Part shown: positions 36,101 through 44,705 of the stretch, piece by piece
Layout: each line of letters opens with the position of its first letter
Position numbering within the stretch: position 1 is the stretch's first letter
Assembly (NCBI GenBank): GCA_040386535.1
Contig: JAZKFH010000026.1
Coordinates: 1 to 53,961, forward strand
Source: Myxococcota bacterium
GTDB taxonomy: Bacteria > Myxococcota_A > UBA796 > SXON01
Direction of reading: 5' to 3'
Length of the DNA stretch: 53,961 nt
The notes under the pieces: generated by a model
Told to the model about the DNA's origin: nothing
What the model saw: only the letters and a program-made list of their open reading frames with translations
The model's database searches: none
Translations under genes and position numbers: made by a program

Positions 36101-37780
36101 TCAAAAAACCGGCCACCCCCCCGCCGCCTGCACATCGATCCACCCCCCGAGCCGCGCGCCCGGGAGCCCGTCGCGGAGGAGTTGGGTGAGCGTGCCGTAG
36201 GTGATCCAGCCGCCTGCCACCGAGCCGCCGCGCGACCAGCCGCCGGGCTCGCGGCCGATGGTCCAGGCGTTGACAGGGTGGACAGCGGGGAGCGTCACGT
36301 ACACGAAGGCCGGGGCGCTGTTCCAGGCGGGGCCGGGGCCGCCTTGAGTGGCACGGAACGTGGCGCCGTCGTACCAGAGGGGCACGTCGTGGGTGGGGGT
36401 GTTGAAGTCCGCTCCCGACCACCCCATGCCGATCGCGGGGATGCCGAGCGCCTGGAGGGTGCCGATGGTCAGCACCGTGGCCGTGGCACAATCTCCCACG
36501 TAGGTGCCCTGGCGCGCGAACACACCCAACTGCCACGTGGCGCTTGCGCCCTCCCACAGGGGCACGGGGGCGCCACCAAGCGTGCCGAGGTTGGCATTGG
36601 TTCGGCGGTCGGCCCGCCACCCCTCGCACTCCTCGTCGGAGCGGGTGCCGTTGCGGCACAAGGTGTCCATCAGGGCGTCGTGGGCGCGGTAGCGGAGGGT
36701 GGTGTTGATGGTGCGGTCGATGTTGCGGGCGGTCTCGACGGCCGAGGGCGCGAGGGGCGCGCGGGCGCGCAGGCGGGCCAACGTGGCGGTGTCGGGCACC
36801 ACGAAGCGGTAGTGGTCGGCGTCGAGCAGGGCGCGTGCGCCGGCGATGGGCACCGCGCCGTATACGACGGATTGGGCGGCGGGCCACGCCCAGGTGAGCT
36901 TACCGAGGGGGTCGAGCGTGCCGAAGCGCCACTCGGCGCCGGCCGCGGCGAGCCAGGTGTCCAGCCCCTCGCCGTAGCGGAGCCAGGCGACGGCGTCTGC
37001 GTCGACGGTCGCGACGAGGGTGTCCGCCACGAGCGGGCGCACGGCCCCGAACGTGACAGCAAGCGCCACGGCGAGGTCGGGATCGGTGACGGGCGCGCCG
37101 CGGAGGAGCGCCAGGAGCACGTCGATCGCCTCGTCCGGCGGGGGGCCGAGCAGCCCGGCGGGGCCGCCGTCCGAGACGAGGCCGTCGGGTGACTTCAGGC
37201 GCGCCGTGGCCGCCCCGGCGAGCCCACGCCCGAGCCGCCCGGAGTGCGCCAGATCGAGGCTGAACGAGACGCGATCGGGCTCGACGACCGGGAGCGGCCC
37301 CGACGCGGGGGAGCCGCCCCCGTCGAGGCCATAGGCGCGGGTCCAGCCGCGGCCGAAGCCGAGCTCGAGATCGGGGGCCGGGCCGCCTTCCAAGTCGAGG
37401 TCGATCCAGATGCCGTTCTCCGCCACGCCGCGCCCACGCACAATGCCGCGCAGCGTGGTGCCGTCGAGCCACACGTCGGCGTCGACCAGGTCGACCGCGG
37501 CGGCCTCGCCCCGCGCATCCGGCAGCGCCCCGCCGGGGAGGGCGGGGACGAGCAGCTCGACCAGCCGCGCGTCGGCAGCGGTGACCACCTCGGCCACGTC
37601 GAGGAGCGTGTCGGCGTCGAGGCCCCGGGACCGGAGCGCCGCGGCGAGGCGGGGGTACGCTTGCACGAGGGCGTCCCACGGCGCGGTGAGGGCGGGGGTC
37701 TCCTCGGTCGCGCCCACCTGCACCGCCGGCGAGGCGGCGGGCGCCGCGAACGTCAGGGCCGGGAGGAGCAGGTGGAGCAC
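36101..37780 (-). CDS. Secreted protein with C-terminal transglutaminase-like motif
   Basis: Signal peptide; GDC....L.ALGIPA...H motif. Confidence 0.65.
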   Translation of the reverse strand: MLHLLLPALTFAAPAASPAVQVGATEETPALTAPWDALVQAYPRLAAALRSRGLDADTLLDVAEVVTAADARLVELLVPALPGGALPDARGEAAAVDLVDADVWLDGTTLRGIVRGRGVAENGIWIDLDLEGGPAPDLELGFGRGWTRAYGLDGGGSPASGPLPVVEPDRVSFSLDLAHSGRLGRGLAGAATARLKSPDGLVSDGGPAGLLGPPPDEAIDVLLALLRGAPVTDPDLAVALAVTFGAVRPLVADTLVATVDADAVAWLRYGEGLDTWLAAAGAEWRFGTLDPLGKLTWAWPAAQSVVYGAVPIAGARALLDADHYRFVVPDTATLARLRARAPLAPSAVETARNIDRTINTTLRYRAHDALMDTLCRNGTRSDEECEGWRADRRTNANLGTLGGAPVPLWEGASATWQLGVFARQGTYVGDCATATVLTIGTLQALGIPAIGMGWSGADFNTPTHDVPLWYDGATFRATQGGPGPAWNSAPAFVYVTLPAVHPVNAWTIGREPGGWSRGGSVAGGWITYGTLTQLLRDGLPGARLGGWIDVQAAGGWPVF

Positions 37781-37887
37781 GGGGAGGAGGTAGCTTGACC
37801 GCGACGGACGGGCACGTCACGGGGTGTCCGCGCGCGCCGGCGCCCTCCCCCGCCGGGTCGCCCCTCGGCCACGGTACACTCGCCGCC

Positions 37888-38661
37888 ATGCTCCTCTCCC
37901 TCCTCGCGGGCGCCCTCGCGTCCGAGCCCGCCGCGAGCGTGTCGGCGCCGCCGTGCCGGACCCCCTGGGCCGAGCTCGCGCCCACCCTCGACGGGCTCGA
38001 CGCCGCCTGGGGCATCTCGGAGGCGTCGTTCCGCGCCGGGTTCGACCGCCTCGAGGCCGCCCTGCCCTGCCTCGCGGAGGTGGTCACGCCCACGGCGGCG
38101 GCGCGCATCCACCGCGCCCAGGGCCTCGACGCCTTCCTCCATCGTGACCTCGATCGCGCCCGCGCCGCCTTCGCCGCCGCCCGGGCCGCCGACCCCGCGT
38201 ACACCTTCCCGGTCGCGATGGTGCCCGAGGCCAACCCCGTCCGGAAGCTCTACGACAGCGCGACCCCCACCGGCGCCACCACGCGCCTCCCTCCGCCCGC
38301 CCGGGGCGGGGTGTGGCTCGACGGCGTCGCGACGCGCGAGCGCCCGACGGACCGCGCCACGCTGTTCCAGCTCGACACGCCCATGAAGTCCGAGTGGCTC
38401 GCCCCGCCCGATCCGCCGCCGGCCTATCGCGCGCGCGGCCAGGGGTTCCGGCTCCCGTTGCTCCTCGCCGGCGGCGCGACCGGCGCCACGAGCGCGGGGC
38501 TGTACCTCGTCGCCGACGCGCGCACCCGCCAGGTCCCCACCTCGGAGACGGACCTCCAGGACATCGGCGCGAGCAACCGCCGGCTCGTCGTCACCTCGGC
38601 CTCGCTCGGCGTTGTCGCGCTCGGCTGCGTCACGACGGCGCTGGTGTGGGGGCGCTGGTAG
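37888..38661 (+). CDS. Secreted/membrane hypothetical protein (TPR-like, PEGA-like, C-terminal TMs, ends GRW)
   Basis: Signal peptide; VWLDG; same architecture as 8646-10244. Confidence 0.7.
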   Translation: MLLSLLAGALASEPAASVSAPPCRTPWAELAPTLDGLDAAWGISEASFRAGFDRLEAALPCLAEVVTPTAAARIHRAQGLDAFLHRDLDRARAAFAAARAADPAYTFPVAMVPEANPVRKLYDSATPTGATTRLPPPARGGVWLDGVATRERPTDRATLFQLDTPMKSEWLAPPDPPPAYRARGQGFRLPLLLAGGATGATSAGLYLVADARTRQVPTSETDLQDIGASNRRLVVTSASLGVVALGCVTTALVWGRW

Positions 38662-38763
38662 CGCGCGCGTGGCCGCGTCCACGGGCAGCAGGGAGGCGAG
38701 GCCAGGGCAGCCGGACGGCGCGGACGCCGCCGCTGCGGAGGCGGGGCAGGCGGGGCGAGCGCC

Positions 38764-39825
38764 CTACCCGCGGATTCCCACCCTCAGCTCGGGCTCCGGT
38801 CCCAAGTCGAGCACCGCGTCGACCAATGCCAACACCCGGCCCTCGTCGAGGTCCGCAAGGCACTTCACGCCGATCGGACACGTGGGGCGGTTGCACGGGC
38901 GGCACGGCAGGTCCACGAAGGCCGCGCGGTGCCACGGCGTGGGGCGCGTCCACCCGCCCACCGCCGTCGCGCCGTGCACCGTCACCGTCGGCACGCGCTG
39001 CGAAACGGCCACGTGCCGCGGGCCGCTGCATGCGCCCACCAGGACGTCGCATGCGGCGATCTGCGCGGCGAGCCCGCGGATGCCGCTCGGCGCGGCCACG
39101 GCGCCGCCCACCACGCGCGCGAGGGCCTCGGCGCGGGCCTGCTCACCGGGGCCCCAGAGCACGAGCAGCCGCGCGTCCCGCTCCGCGCGCAGGCGGCGCC
39201 CCAGCGCCTCCCAGCGGGCCATCGGCCACTGCCGCGTCGGCAGGCGCGCGAACGGGGCGAGCGCCACGATCGGTCCCGCGCCGACCAACTCGGCCGCACC
39301 GAGGGGCGCCTCCGGGGCGGGTGCCAACGCCAGATCCAACGACACCTCGCCGATCCCGAACACCCGGAGCACCGAGGCCCGGAAGTGGGCCGAGTAGGCG
39401 CGCTGGGCGGGCACGGCGTGTGTGAGCAAGAGGTCGCGGAGCCACCCCGCGGGCCGGCCCACACGAATGGGCACGCGCGCGAGCCAGCCCGCCAGGGCCG
39501 TCGCCGTGCTGCGCTGGAGATCGACACAGACGTCCGCACCACGCAGCGCACGGAACAACCCACCCACCCCCTCCGCGAGGGCCACCTCGTCGATGTCTCC
39601 GTTGCCCTCCAGCGCCTCGGCGTATCGCGGGTGCACCACCCACACGAGCCGCGCCCCGGGCCACCGCGCGCGCAACGCACGGGCTACCGGCGTGGCAAGG
39701 AGCACGTCGCCCAGAAAGCCGAGCTGGACGATAACCACGCGGCGCGGCGTGAGGTGGGCCAGTACGTTTGCGCCCGGAGGCACCGGGAGCGGCGGATCGG
39801 TCGGCGGGGGCGGCCAATTCGACAT
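38764..39825 (-). CDS. Glycosyltransferase family 9 (heptosyltransferase-like)
   Basis: LGDVLLATPV, RQWP, SGPRHVA, PTVTVHG, PCRPC..C..C. Confidence 0.9.
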   Translation of the reverse strand: MSNWPPPPTDPPLPVPPGANVLAHLTPRRVVIVQLGFLGDVLLATPVARALRARWPGARLVWVVHPRYAEALEGNGDIDEVALAEGVGGLFRALRGADVCVDLQRSTATALAGWLARVPIRVGRPAGWLRDLLLTHAVPAQRAYSAHFRASVLRVFGIGEVSLDLALAPAPEAPLGAAELVGAGPIVALAPFARLPTRQWPMARWEALGRRLRAERDARLLVLWGPGEQARAEALARVVGGAVAAPSGIRGLAAQIAACDVLVGACSGPRHVAVSQRVPTVTVHGATAVGGWTRPTPWHRAAFVDLPCRPCNRPTCPIGVKCLADLDEGRVLALVDAVLDLGPEPELRVGIRG

Positions 39826-40506
39826 TCAGCGCCTCGGGTCCCCGGGGTTGCGCGCCCGCCACGCCGCGACACCGCGGGCGGTGGCCTCCAACACCGCGGC
39901 GCCGATGACACACCCAACGTCGGTGTGTTTGCCCGCGTAGGCGTGGGGATCGGGGCCGTCCACCGCGGCGAGGACGACACAGTCGGTGCCCGTCCCCGAC
40001 GCGATGCCCCCGCTGACCGGCGACCGCACCCCAGCCTCCAGCACCGCGACGGTCCGCGCCTCGATCGCCAGGCTCGCCGCCTCGACGAGCGCCTCGTCGG
40101 TGAGCGGCACCGACACCGTGACCAACAAGTTGATCGTCCCGACGGTCAGCGATCCCGGCGCGTCGCCTACCCGCCGCGCGTTGGAGAGCCCCACCGTCAC
40201 CACCACGTGCGCGGACACCCCGCCGTGGCAAGCGGTGGCCTCCTCGTAGCGGTCCAGGTTGGCGGCGGTGAGCATCCCCACCGCGCCGGTCAGATCGGCC
40301 TCCTGGAGGCGCGCGACCAGGAGCGCCCGCGGGTCGACCCCCTGGGGCAGGTCTCCATCGGTGACGCGCAGCCACGCGACGGTGCGCGCCCGCGCCAACC
40401 CGCCGCCCACGATGGCCCAGCTCAGGACGCGGTGGGGCACGGGGTAGCGCGCGAGGAGCCACGGGCCGGTGCGGGTGAGGGCGTGGGGGCGGTCGGGGGG
40501 GAGCAT
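39826..40506 (-). CDS. cbiZ: Adenosylcobinamide amidohydrolase
   Basis: LSWAIVGGG, GMLTAA, TVGLSNA, GTINL, SGTGTDC, YAGKHT. Confidence 0.9.
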   Translation of the reverse strand: MLPPDRPHALTRTGPWLLARYPVPHRVLSWAIVGGGLARARTVAWLRVTDGDLPQGVDPRALLVARLQEADLTGAVGMLTAANLDRYEEATACHGGVSAHVVVTVGLSNARRVGDAPGSLTVGTINLLVTVSVPLTDEALVEAASLAIEARTVAVLEAGVRSPVSGGIASGTGTDCVVLAAVDGPDPHAYAGKHTDVGCVIGAAVLEATARGVAAWRARNPGDPRR

Positions 40507-40645
40507 TGCTGGGCTTCGTCGAGGTCCGGAATGGCCGACGGTAGCACGCTGCCGCCCCGTTGCCTCGGCCGATGTGCACCGTGACGCCACGCGTAATTGT
40601 CGTCCATCACTCGGGTTGGATCTTCACGCTCGGCGCGCCGACCGC

Positions 40646-40993
40646 TCACAGGATCGGAGAGTCCGTACGTTCGTAGTCGAGAAACCGGACTCTCCGGACG
40701 GCCCACCAACTCCAGCGGTCGACGTATTCTCCATGCCAGAGGGACTCGGTAGACAGCCGTTCGTATGGCGACCACGGGTCTCGGAAGCGAATCATGAGCT
40801 TGCCGGCCGCGTGTTCGATCTCGTCGATCGCCTCGGGCGGCCAGGTGACCACGAAACCGTACCTGACCCAGGAGGCCGGCGAGAGGCGCATGTTCAAGTG
40901 CTCCGCCGTTGCCCCCTGTATGACTACGCGAGCGCACGTGACCTCGCCATTCGGACCCCCGCCTGGAATCGGATGTCGCTCAACCCTTGCCAA
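40646..40993 (-). CDS. Possible small hypothetical protein
   Basis: Lower-GC ORF segment with protein-like composition; start uncertain. Confidence 0.3.
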   Translation of the reverse strand: MARVERHPIPGGGPNGEVTCARVVIQGATAEHLNMRLSPASWVRYGFVVTWPPEAIDEIEHAAGKLMIRFRDPWSPYERLSTESLWHGEYVDRWSWWAVRRVRFLDYERTDSPIL

Positions 40994-41060
40994 TCCTCCG
41001 TCGGGTAGGCGACATGCAGGATTTGGCTTCAAGGTGTCCTCGGGACGGCCGGCCGTTCGT

Positions 41061-41969
41061 TCAGCACAGGTAGGTCGCTCCGCACGCACGCATCGTGTTG
41101 TCGTGGATGTCGAGCACCTTCCGCAGCGGCTCCTGGTACCCACCCGCCAGGTTCCACGCGACAGGCACACCCATCGCCCGCGCGGCGGTGAACACCCGGA
41201 GGTCGCGCTCGGCCAGCTGCGCGGTCGTGAGCCAGCCGCCGAGCGGGTCGTGGATGTGAGGGTCGGCTCCCGCCTGGTACAGGATGACATCGCACCCACT
41301 GAAGGGTTCGAGCAACACGGGAATGGCATCGAGGAAGGAACCCGCCTGGGCGCGACGGGTGTAGTGCAGCCCGGCCGAATAGTGCACGATCGGAGGTTGG
41401 TAGATTCGATTGAGGATGTCGTCGGTGCCGTCTCCGTAGTGCTCGTCGAAATCCAGGATGCCGACCCGCCGCGCCTGCCCCTCCGCCACCAGCGCCAAGG
41501 CTGCCACCATCAGCCCGTTGAACGTGCAGAAGGCCCCGACGCGATCGTGGCGGGCATGATGGAACCCGGCGCAGGGCGCGGCCGCGACCCGGCCGTTCGA
41601 AATCGCTGTTCGGGCGGCGGCCAGCATTGCGCCGCACGTCCACAGTACGGAGGTCGCAACCTCCGACGATCGATTGCCGAACCCGTTGGCAATGCGGCCC
41701 TCCAGGACGCCTTCCACGAACTGCGCAGAATGCGCGCGCACGAGCTCGGTGTGGGTCACCGGCGTCGGCACGATCACGTCCAGGGGGATTCCCAGCATGT
41801 GCCAGGACTCGACCACAGGGCGGGGTTTCGCGGCGCTGGGGGAGAAGCTCTCGAACTCCGCGACCATCTCGCGCGCGTACAATACCGGAATGGCCGAAAG
41901 CGGCGACGAGGCGCGTGGAGGCATACGCCAGGTCGTAGCCGAGGCCGGGGCTGGCATCAAGTGATACAT
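41061..41969 (-). CDS. Histone deacetylase-family (Zn-dependent) protein
   Basis: GFHHA, GAFCTFN, LDFDEHYGDGT, YQAGADPH..DPLG, AGGY; start uncertain. Confidence 0.92.
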   Translation of the reverse strand: MYHLMPAPASATTWRMPPRASSPLSAIPVLYAREMVAEFESFSPSAAKPRPVVESWHMLGIPLDVIVPTPVTHTELVRAHSAQFVEGVLEGRIANGFGNRSSEVATSVLWTCGAMLAAARTAISNGRVAAAPCAGFHHARHDRVGAFCTFNGLMVAALALVAEGQARRVGILDFDEHYGDGTDDILNRIYQPPIVHYSAGLHYTRRAQAGSFLDAIPVLLEPFSGCDVILYQAGADPHIHDPLGGWLTTAQLAERDLRVFTAARAMGVPVAWNLAGGYQEPLRKVLDIHDNTMRACGATYLC

Positions 41970-42029
41970 CCGGCCCTTCGCGCGGATGCGCACCCGCTTC
42001 GGCGCGGGATCCTGTAGCATCGTCGCCCC

Positions 42030-43061
42030 ATGCCAGACTACTCCCACACCAACCCCTTCGACCCCCTCCCCGCCAGCGCCCGCCGGCCCCCCGCGCCCGG
42101 CATGGCGACAGACGCGGTGCTCGCCGCCCGCGGCACCCGCCTCGCCGCGCGCCTGCTCGACCAGGCGCTGTTCTATGGGCCCGTGATGCTGATCGCCGTT
42201 GTCGCCATGGGCCTGCCCGACGACGCGTCCGACGTGATGGGCATCTTCTTCGGCCTCTGCGCCCTGTCCTGGCTCGTGTTGATCCCCACCCAGTGGTACT
42301 TCATCGGCACGCGAGGACAGTCGCTCGGGAAGATGGCACTCAAGATCCGCGTGGTGGACAGCGATGGGCGGAACCCAGGCTGGCTGCGGGCGCTGCTGTA
42401 CCGCGAGGGGGCCCGCGGGCTCCTCGGCGCGGTGCCGTACCTCGGCCTCGTGGTGAGCCTGATCGACTCCCTGATGATCTTCCGACGGGACTACCGCACC
42501 TGGCACGATCAGCTCGCCAACCTCTACGTGGTGCGTGCCCCCGGGGCCGGTCTGGAGGATGGCGACGCGCCGCGGTTGAGCGAGGTGCGCTCCCCGGGCG
42601 GGGGTGGCGGCGGAGCGACGCTCGTGTTGGGCGCGGCGGTGGCGCTCCTGGCCATCGGCGGGATCGGCGTGGCGGCCGCCATCGCGATTCCGAATTTCAT
42701 CACGATGCAGATGAAGGCCAAGCGCTCCGAGGTGCCCGCCAACGTCGACGGCATCGTCGCCGCGGAGCGCGCGTACCACGCGGCGAACGGGGCGTGGCTC
42801 CCGGTGTCGAACGAGGCGGCGGCGATGGCCGAAGTCTCCGGCAAGGCTCCGCGGGACTGGGCCGGCGGCGCCGACTGGGACGCGCTCGGCTGGGCTCCCT
42901 CCGGCACGGTGCGCGGCGCCTACTGGGTGGAGGTCTCGCCGGACGGCGCGGAGATTCTCGTGCGCGGGATCTGCGACGTCGACGGGGACGGCGACCTTGC
43001 CGTGTACAGCACCGATGCCGACGCCCGGGCAGAGATGACAACGGACGCGAACGTCTACTAG
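42030..43061 (+). CDS. RDD domain fused to a type IV pilin-like domain
   Basis: RLAARLLD, GQSLGKMALKIRVV, WHDQLA; then AAIAIPNFITMQMKAKRSEV. Confidence 0.85.
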   Translation: MPDYSHTNPFDPLPASARRPPAPGMATDAVLAARGTRLAARLLDQALFYGPVMLIAVVAMGLPDDASDVMGIFFGLCALSWLVLIPTQWYFIGTRGQSLGKMALKIRVVDSDGRNPGWLRALLYREGARGLLGAVPYLGLVVSLIDSLMIFRRDYRTWHDQLANLYVVRAPGAGLEDGDAPRLSEVRSPGGGGGGATLVLGAAVALLAIGGIGVAAAIAIPNFITMQMKAKRSEVPANVDGIVAAERAYHAANGAWLPVSNEAAAMAEVSGKAPRDWAGGADWDALGWAPSGTVRGAYWVEVSPDGAEILVRGICDVDGDGDLAVYSTDADARAEMTTDANVY

Positions 43062-43077
43062 CGGCGGGCGGGCGCAG

Positions 43078-43818
43078 CTACCAGGTGAGGGCGCCCGTTC
43101 GGCTCAGCGATCGAAGGAAACGCAGTCGATCATCTTCAGCGGGCAAGGCGTCCGCGCCTTGCGCCTCGACGATGAGCGTGCAGATCATGTCGTCGAACCG
43201 CACCACCCGCTGGTGTGCACGAGGCGGACTGCCCAGGATCTCCGTTTCATCCGACGCCCCCACTGGCCCGGGACCGAGTGTTCCGTCGCGACGGGCGATG
43301 CAGGTCGCCGACCAGGACAAGAGTCCCGCGGTCTTTCCGCCGACGCTGTGCGCTCGAATCTCGACGCCGTCGGTCGCCTTGGACGTGCTCCGAAAGTCGT
43401 TGAAGGACAGCGGCAACTCTACGGAGAACCCGCCCTCCGAGGACGTGGCGACCTGCCATCCATCGACCGTCTCGGCCGCGACCTGCGCACGATGCAGCTT
43501 GAAGGAGATCCCTTCGCCAATCAGCCGTTCCTCGCCGGGCTGGATGCCGGCAAGGGCCTGTGACAGCGCCGCGCTATCCGGCGCCTGAGGCGCGGAACTC
43601 CCGCTGTTCAGCCCGAAACCGATTCGTAACAATCCGAACAGCACCACCGCCGGACCGAGCACTTTGAGCGCCGCTCCGTACCGGAGATGCCGCTCATCGG
43701 CCAACACATTTGTGCCTGGCGCGTGGCCGACCAGCCGCCACGCGATCAACGTGCAATACGTCCCCCCGAGGAGCGGGATGGCACCATCCACCAAGGAAGC
43801 CAACACGTGGGCGTTCAC
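43078..43818 (-). CDS. Hypothetical membrane protein
   Basis: GTG overlaps the TetR stop; two N-terminal TM segments. Confidence 0.65.
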   Translation of the reverse strand: MNAHVLASLVDGAIPLLGGTYCTLIAWRLVGHAPGTNVLADERHLRYGAALKVLGPAVVLFGLLRIGFGLNSGSSAPQAPDSAALSQALAGIQPGEERLIGEGISFKLHRAQVAAETVDGWQVATSSEGGFSVELPLSFNDFRSTSKATDGVEIRAHSVGGKTAGLLSWSATCIARRDGTLGPGPVGASDETEILGSPPRAHQRVVRFDDMICTLIVEAQGADALPAEDDRLRFLRSLSRTGALTW

Positions 43819-44639
43819 TGCGCGCTCCCACGAACCTTGGGAGCCCGGCGCATTGGAGCGCCCGGACCCGGGCGGCCGGCCGTGTCCTCGATCAGGCCCG
43901 CCAACCCATCCAACACCCTCCCCAACCCAAACCCGAACGCATGCTCCGGATCGTACGCGGCCTGGTGCGCCGCGCCCGCAGCGGCCCCCACGCGCGCGGC
44001 GGTGGGGTAGCGCGTAGCATCGAACACCCGCGCCAGCAGCGGCTCGTTTGCGGCCCACCACGCGGCGTCACTCATGGCAGTGTCCTCCTGGGCGGCGCGG
44101 GCGCGGGCGGCGGCGCGGGCGCAGGCCTCGACGAAGCCGAGCACGTAGGTGAGGGCGGCGTCCATCTCCACGTCGCCGAAGCCCAGGCCGTCGAGGGCCT
44201 CGAGCTCGTATTGGTACTTCGCCATCAGGCCGGGGCCGAGGGGTGGGCGGCTGCTCGGGAGGTCTGCCACCCAGGGATGGCTTGTGTAGAGCGCCCGGTT
44301 TGTGTGGGCGATCGCCGTGACGCGCGCGCGCCACGTTGCGTCCACCCAGGGGGGGCGAGGCATGCGCAGGTACACGGTGTCGAGCATCAGGTCGATTAGC
44401 TCGGCCTTGCCGGGGACGTACGTGTATACCGACATCGGCGAGACCCCCAGCGCCTGCGCGACGGGCCGGATGGTGACGGCGTCGATGCCGGAGGCGTCCG
44501 CCAGGGTGATGGCCGCGTCGATCACCCGGTCGACCGTGAGCGTGGGCCGCGGGCCGCGTGGGCTCGCCGCGGTGGACGGGGCGGCCTCCCGCCACAACAA
44601 GGCAAGGAGGCGCGCGGGATCGGGCGGGGGGGTGGTCAC
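43815..44639 (-). CDS. TetR-family transcriptional regulator
   Basis: [24 protein letters not shown]...[28 protein letters not shown]. Confidence 0.93.
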   Translation of the reverse strand: MTTPPPDPARLLALLWREAAPSTAASPRGPRPTLTVDRVIDAAITLADASGIDAVTIRPVAQALGVSPMSVYTYVPGKAELIDLMLDTVYLRMPRPPWVDATWRARVTAIAHTNRALYTSHPWVADLPSSRPPLGPGLMAKYQYELEALDGLGFGDVEMDAALTYVLGFVEACARAAARARAAQEDTAMSDAAWWAANEPLLARVFDATRYPTAARVGAAAGAAHQAAYDPEHAFGFGLGRVLDGLAGLIEDTAGRPGPGAPMRRAPKVRGSAQ

Positions 44640-44684
44640 GGGGAGGATCCTATCCCGGGGCGGTAGAGGTTGCGCATCATCGGC

Positions 44685-44695
44685 ATACACCGTAT
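44685..44695. promoter_or_regulatory. Possible TetR operator
   Basis: ATAC-acc-GTAT palindrome in the divergent TetR/VOC-UvrA spacer. Confidence 0.3.
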
Positions 44696-44705
44696 AGAGA
44701 TAGTC

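Noticed and set aside
38690..38764. Possible eighth full copy of the four-hairpin element
   Set aside because: Has ccagggcagccgga, one small hairpin and a gcgccc end, but lacks H2 with the bulged C, H3 and the GAGC linker.
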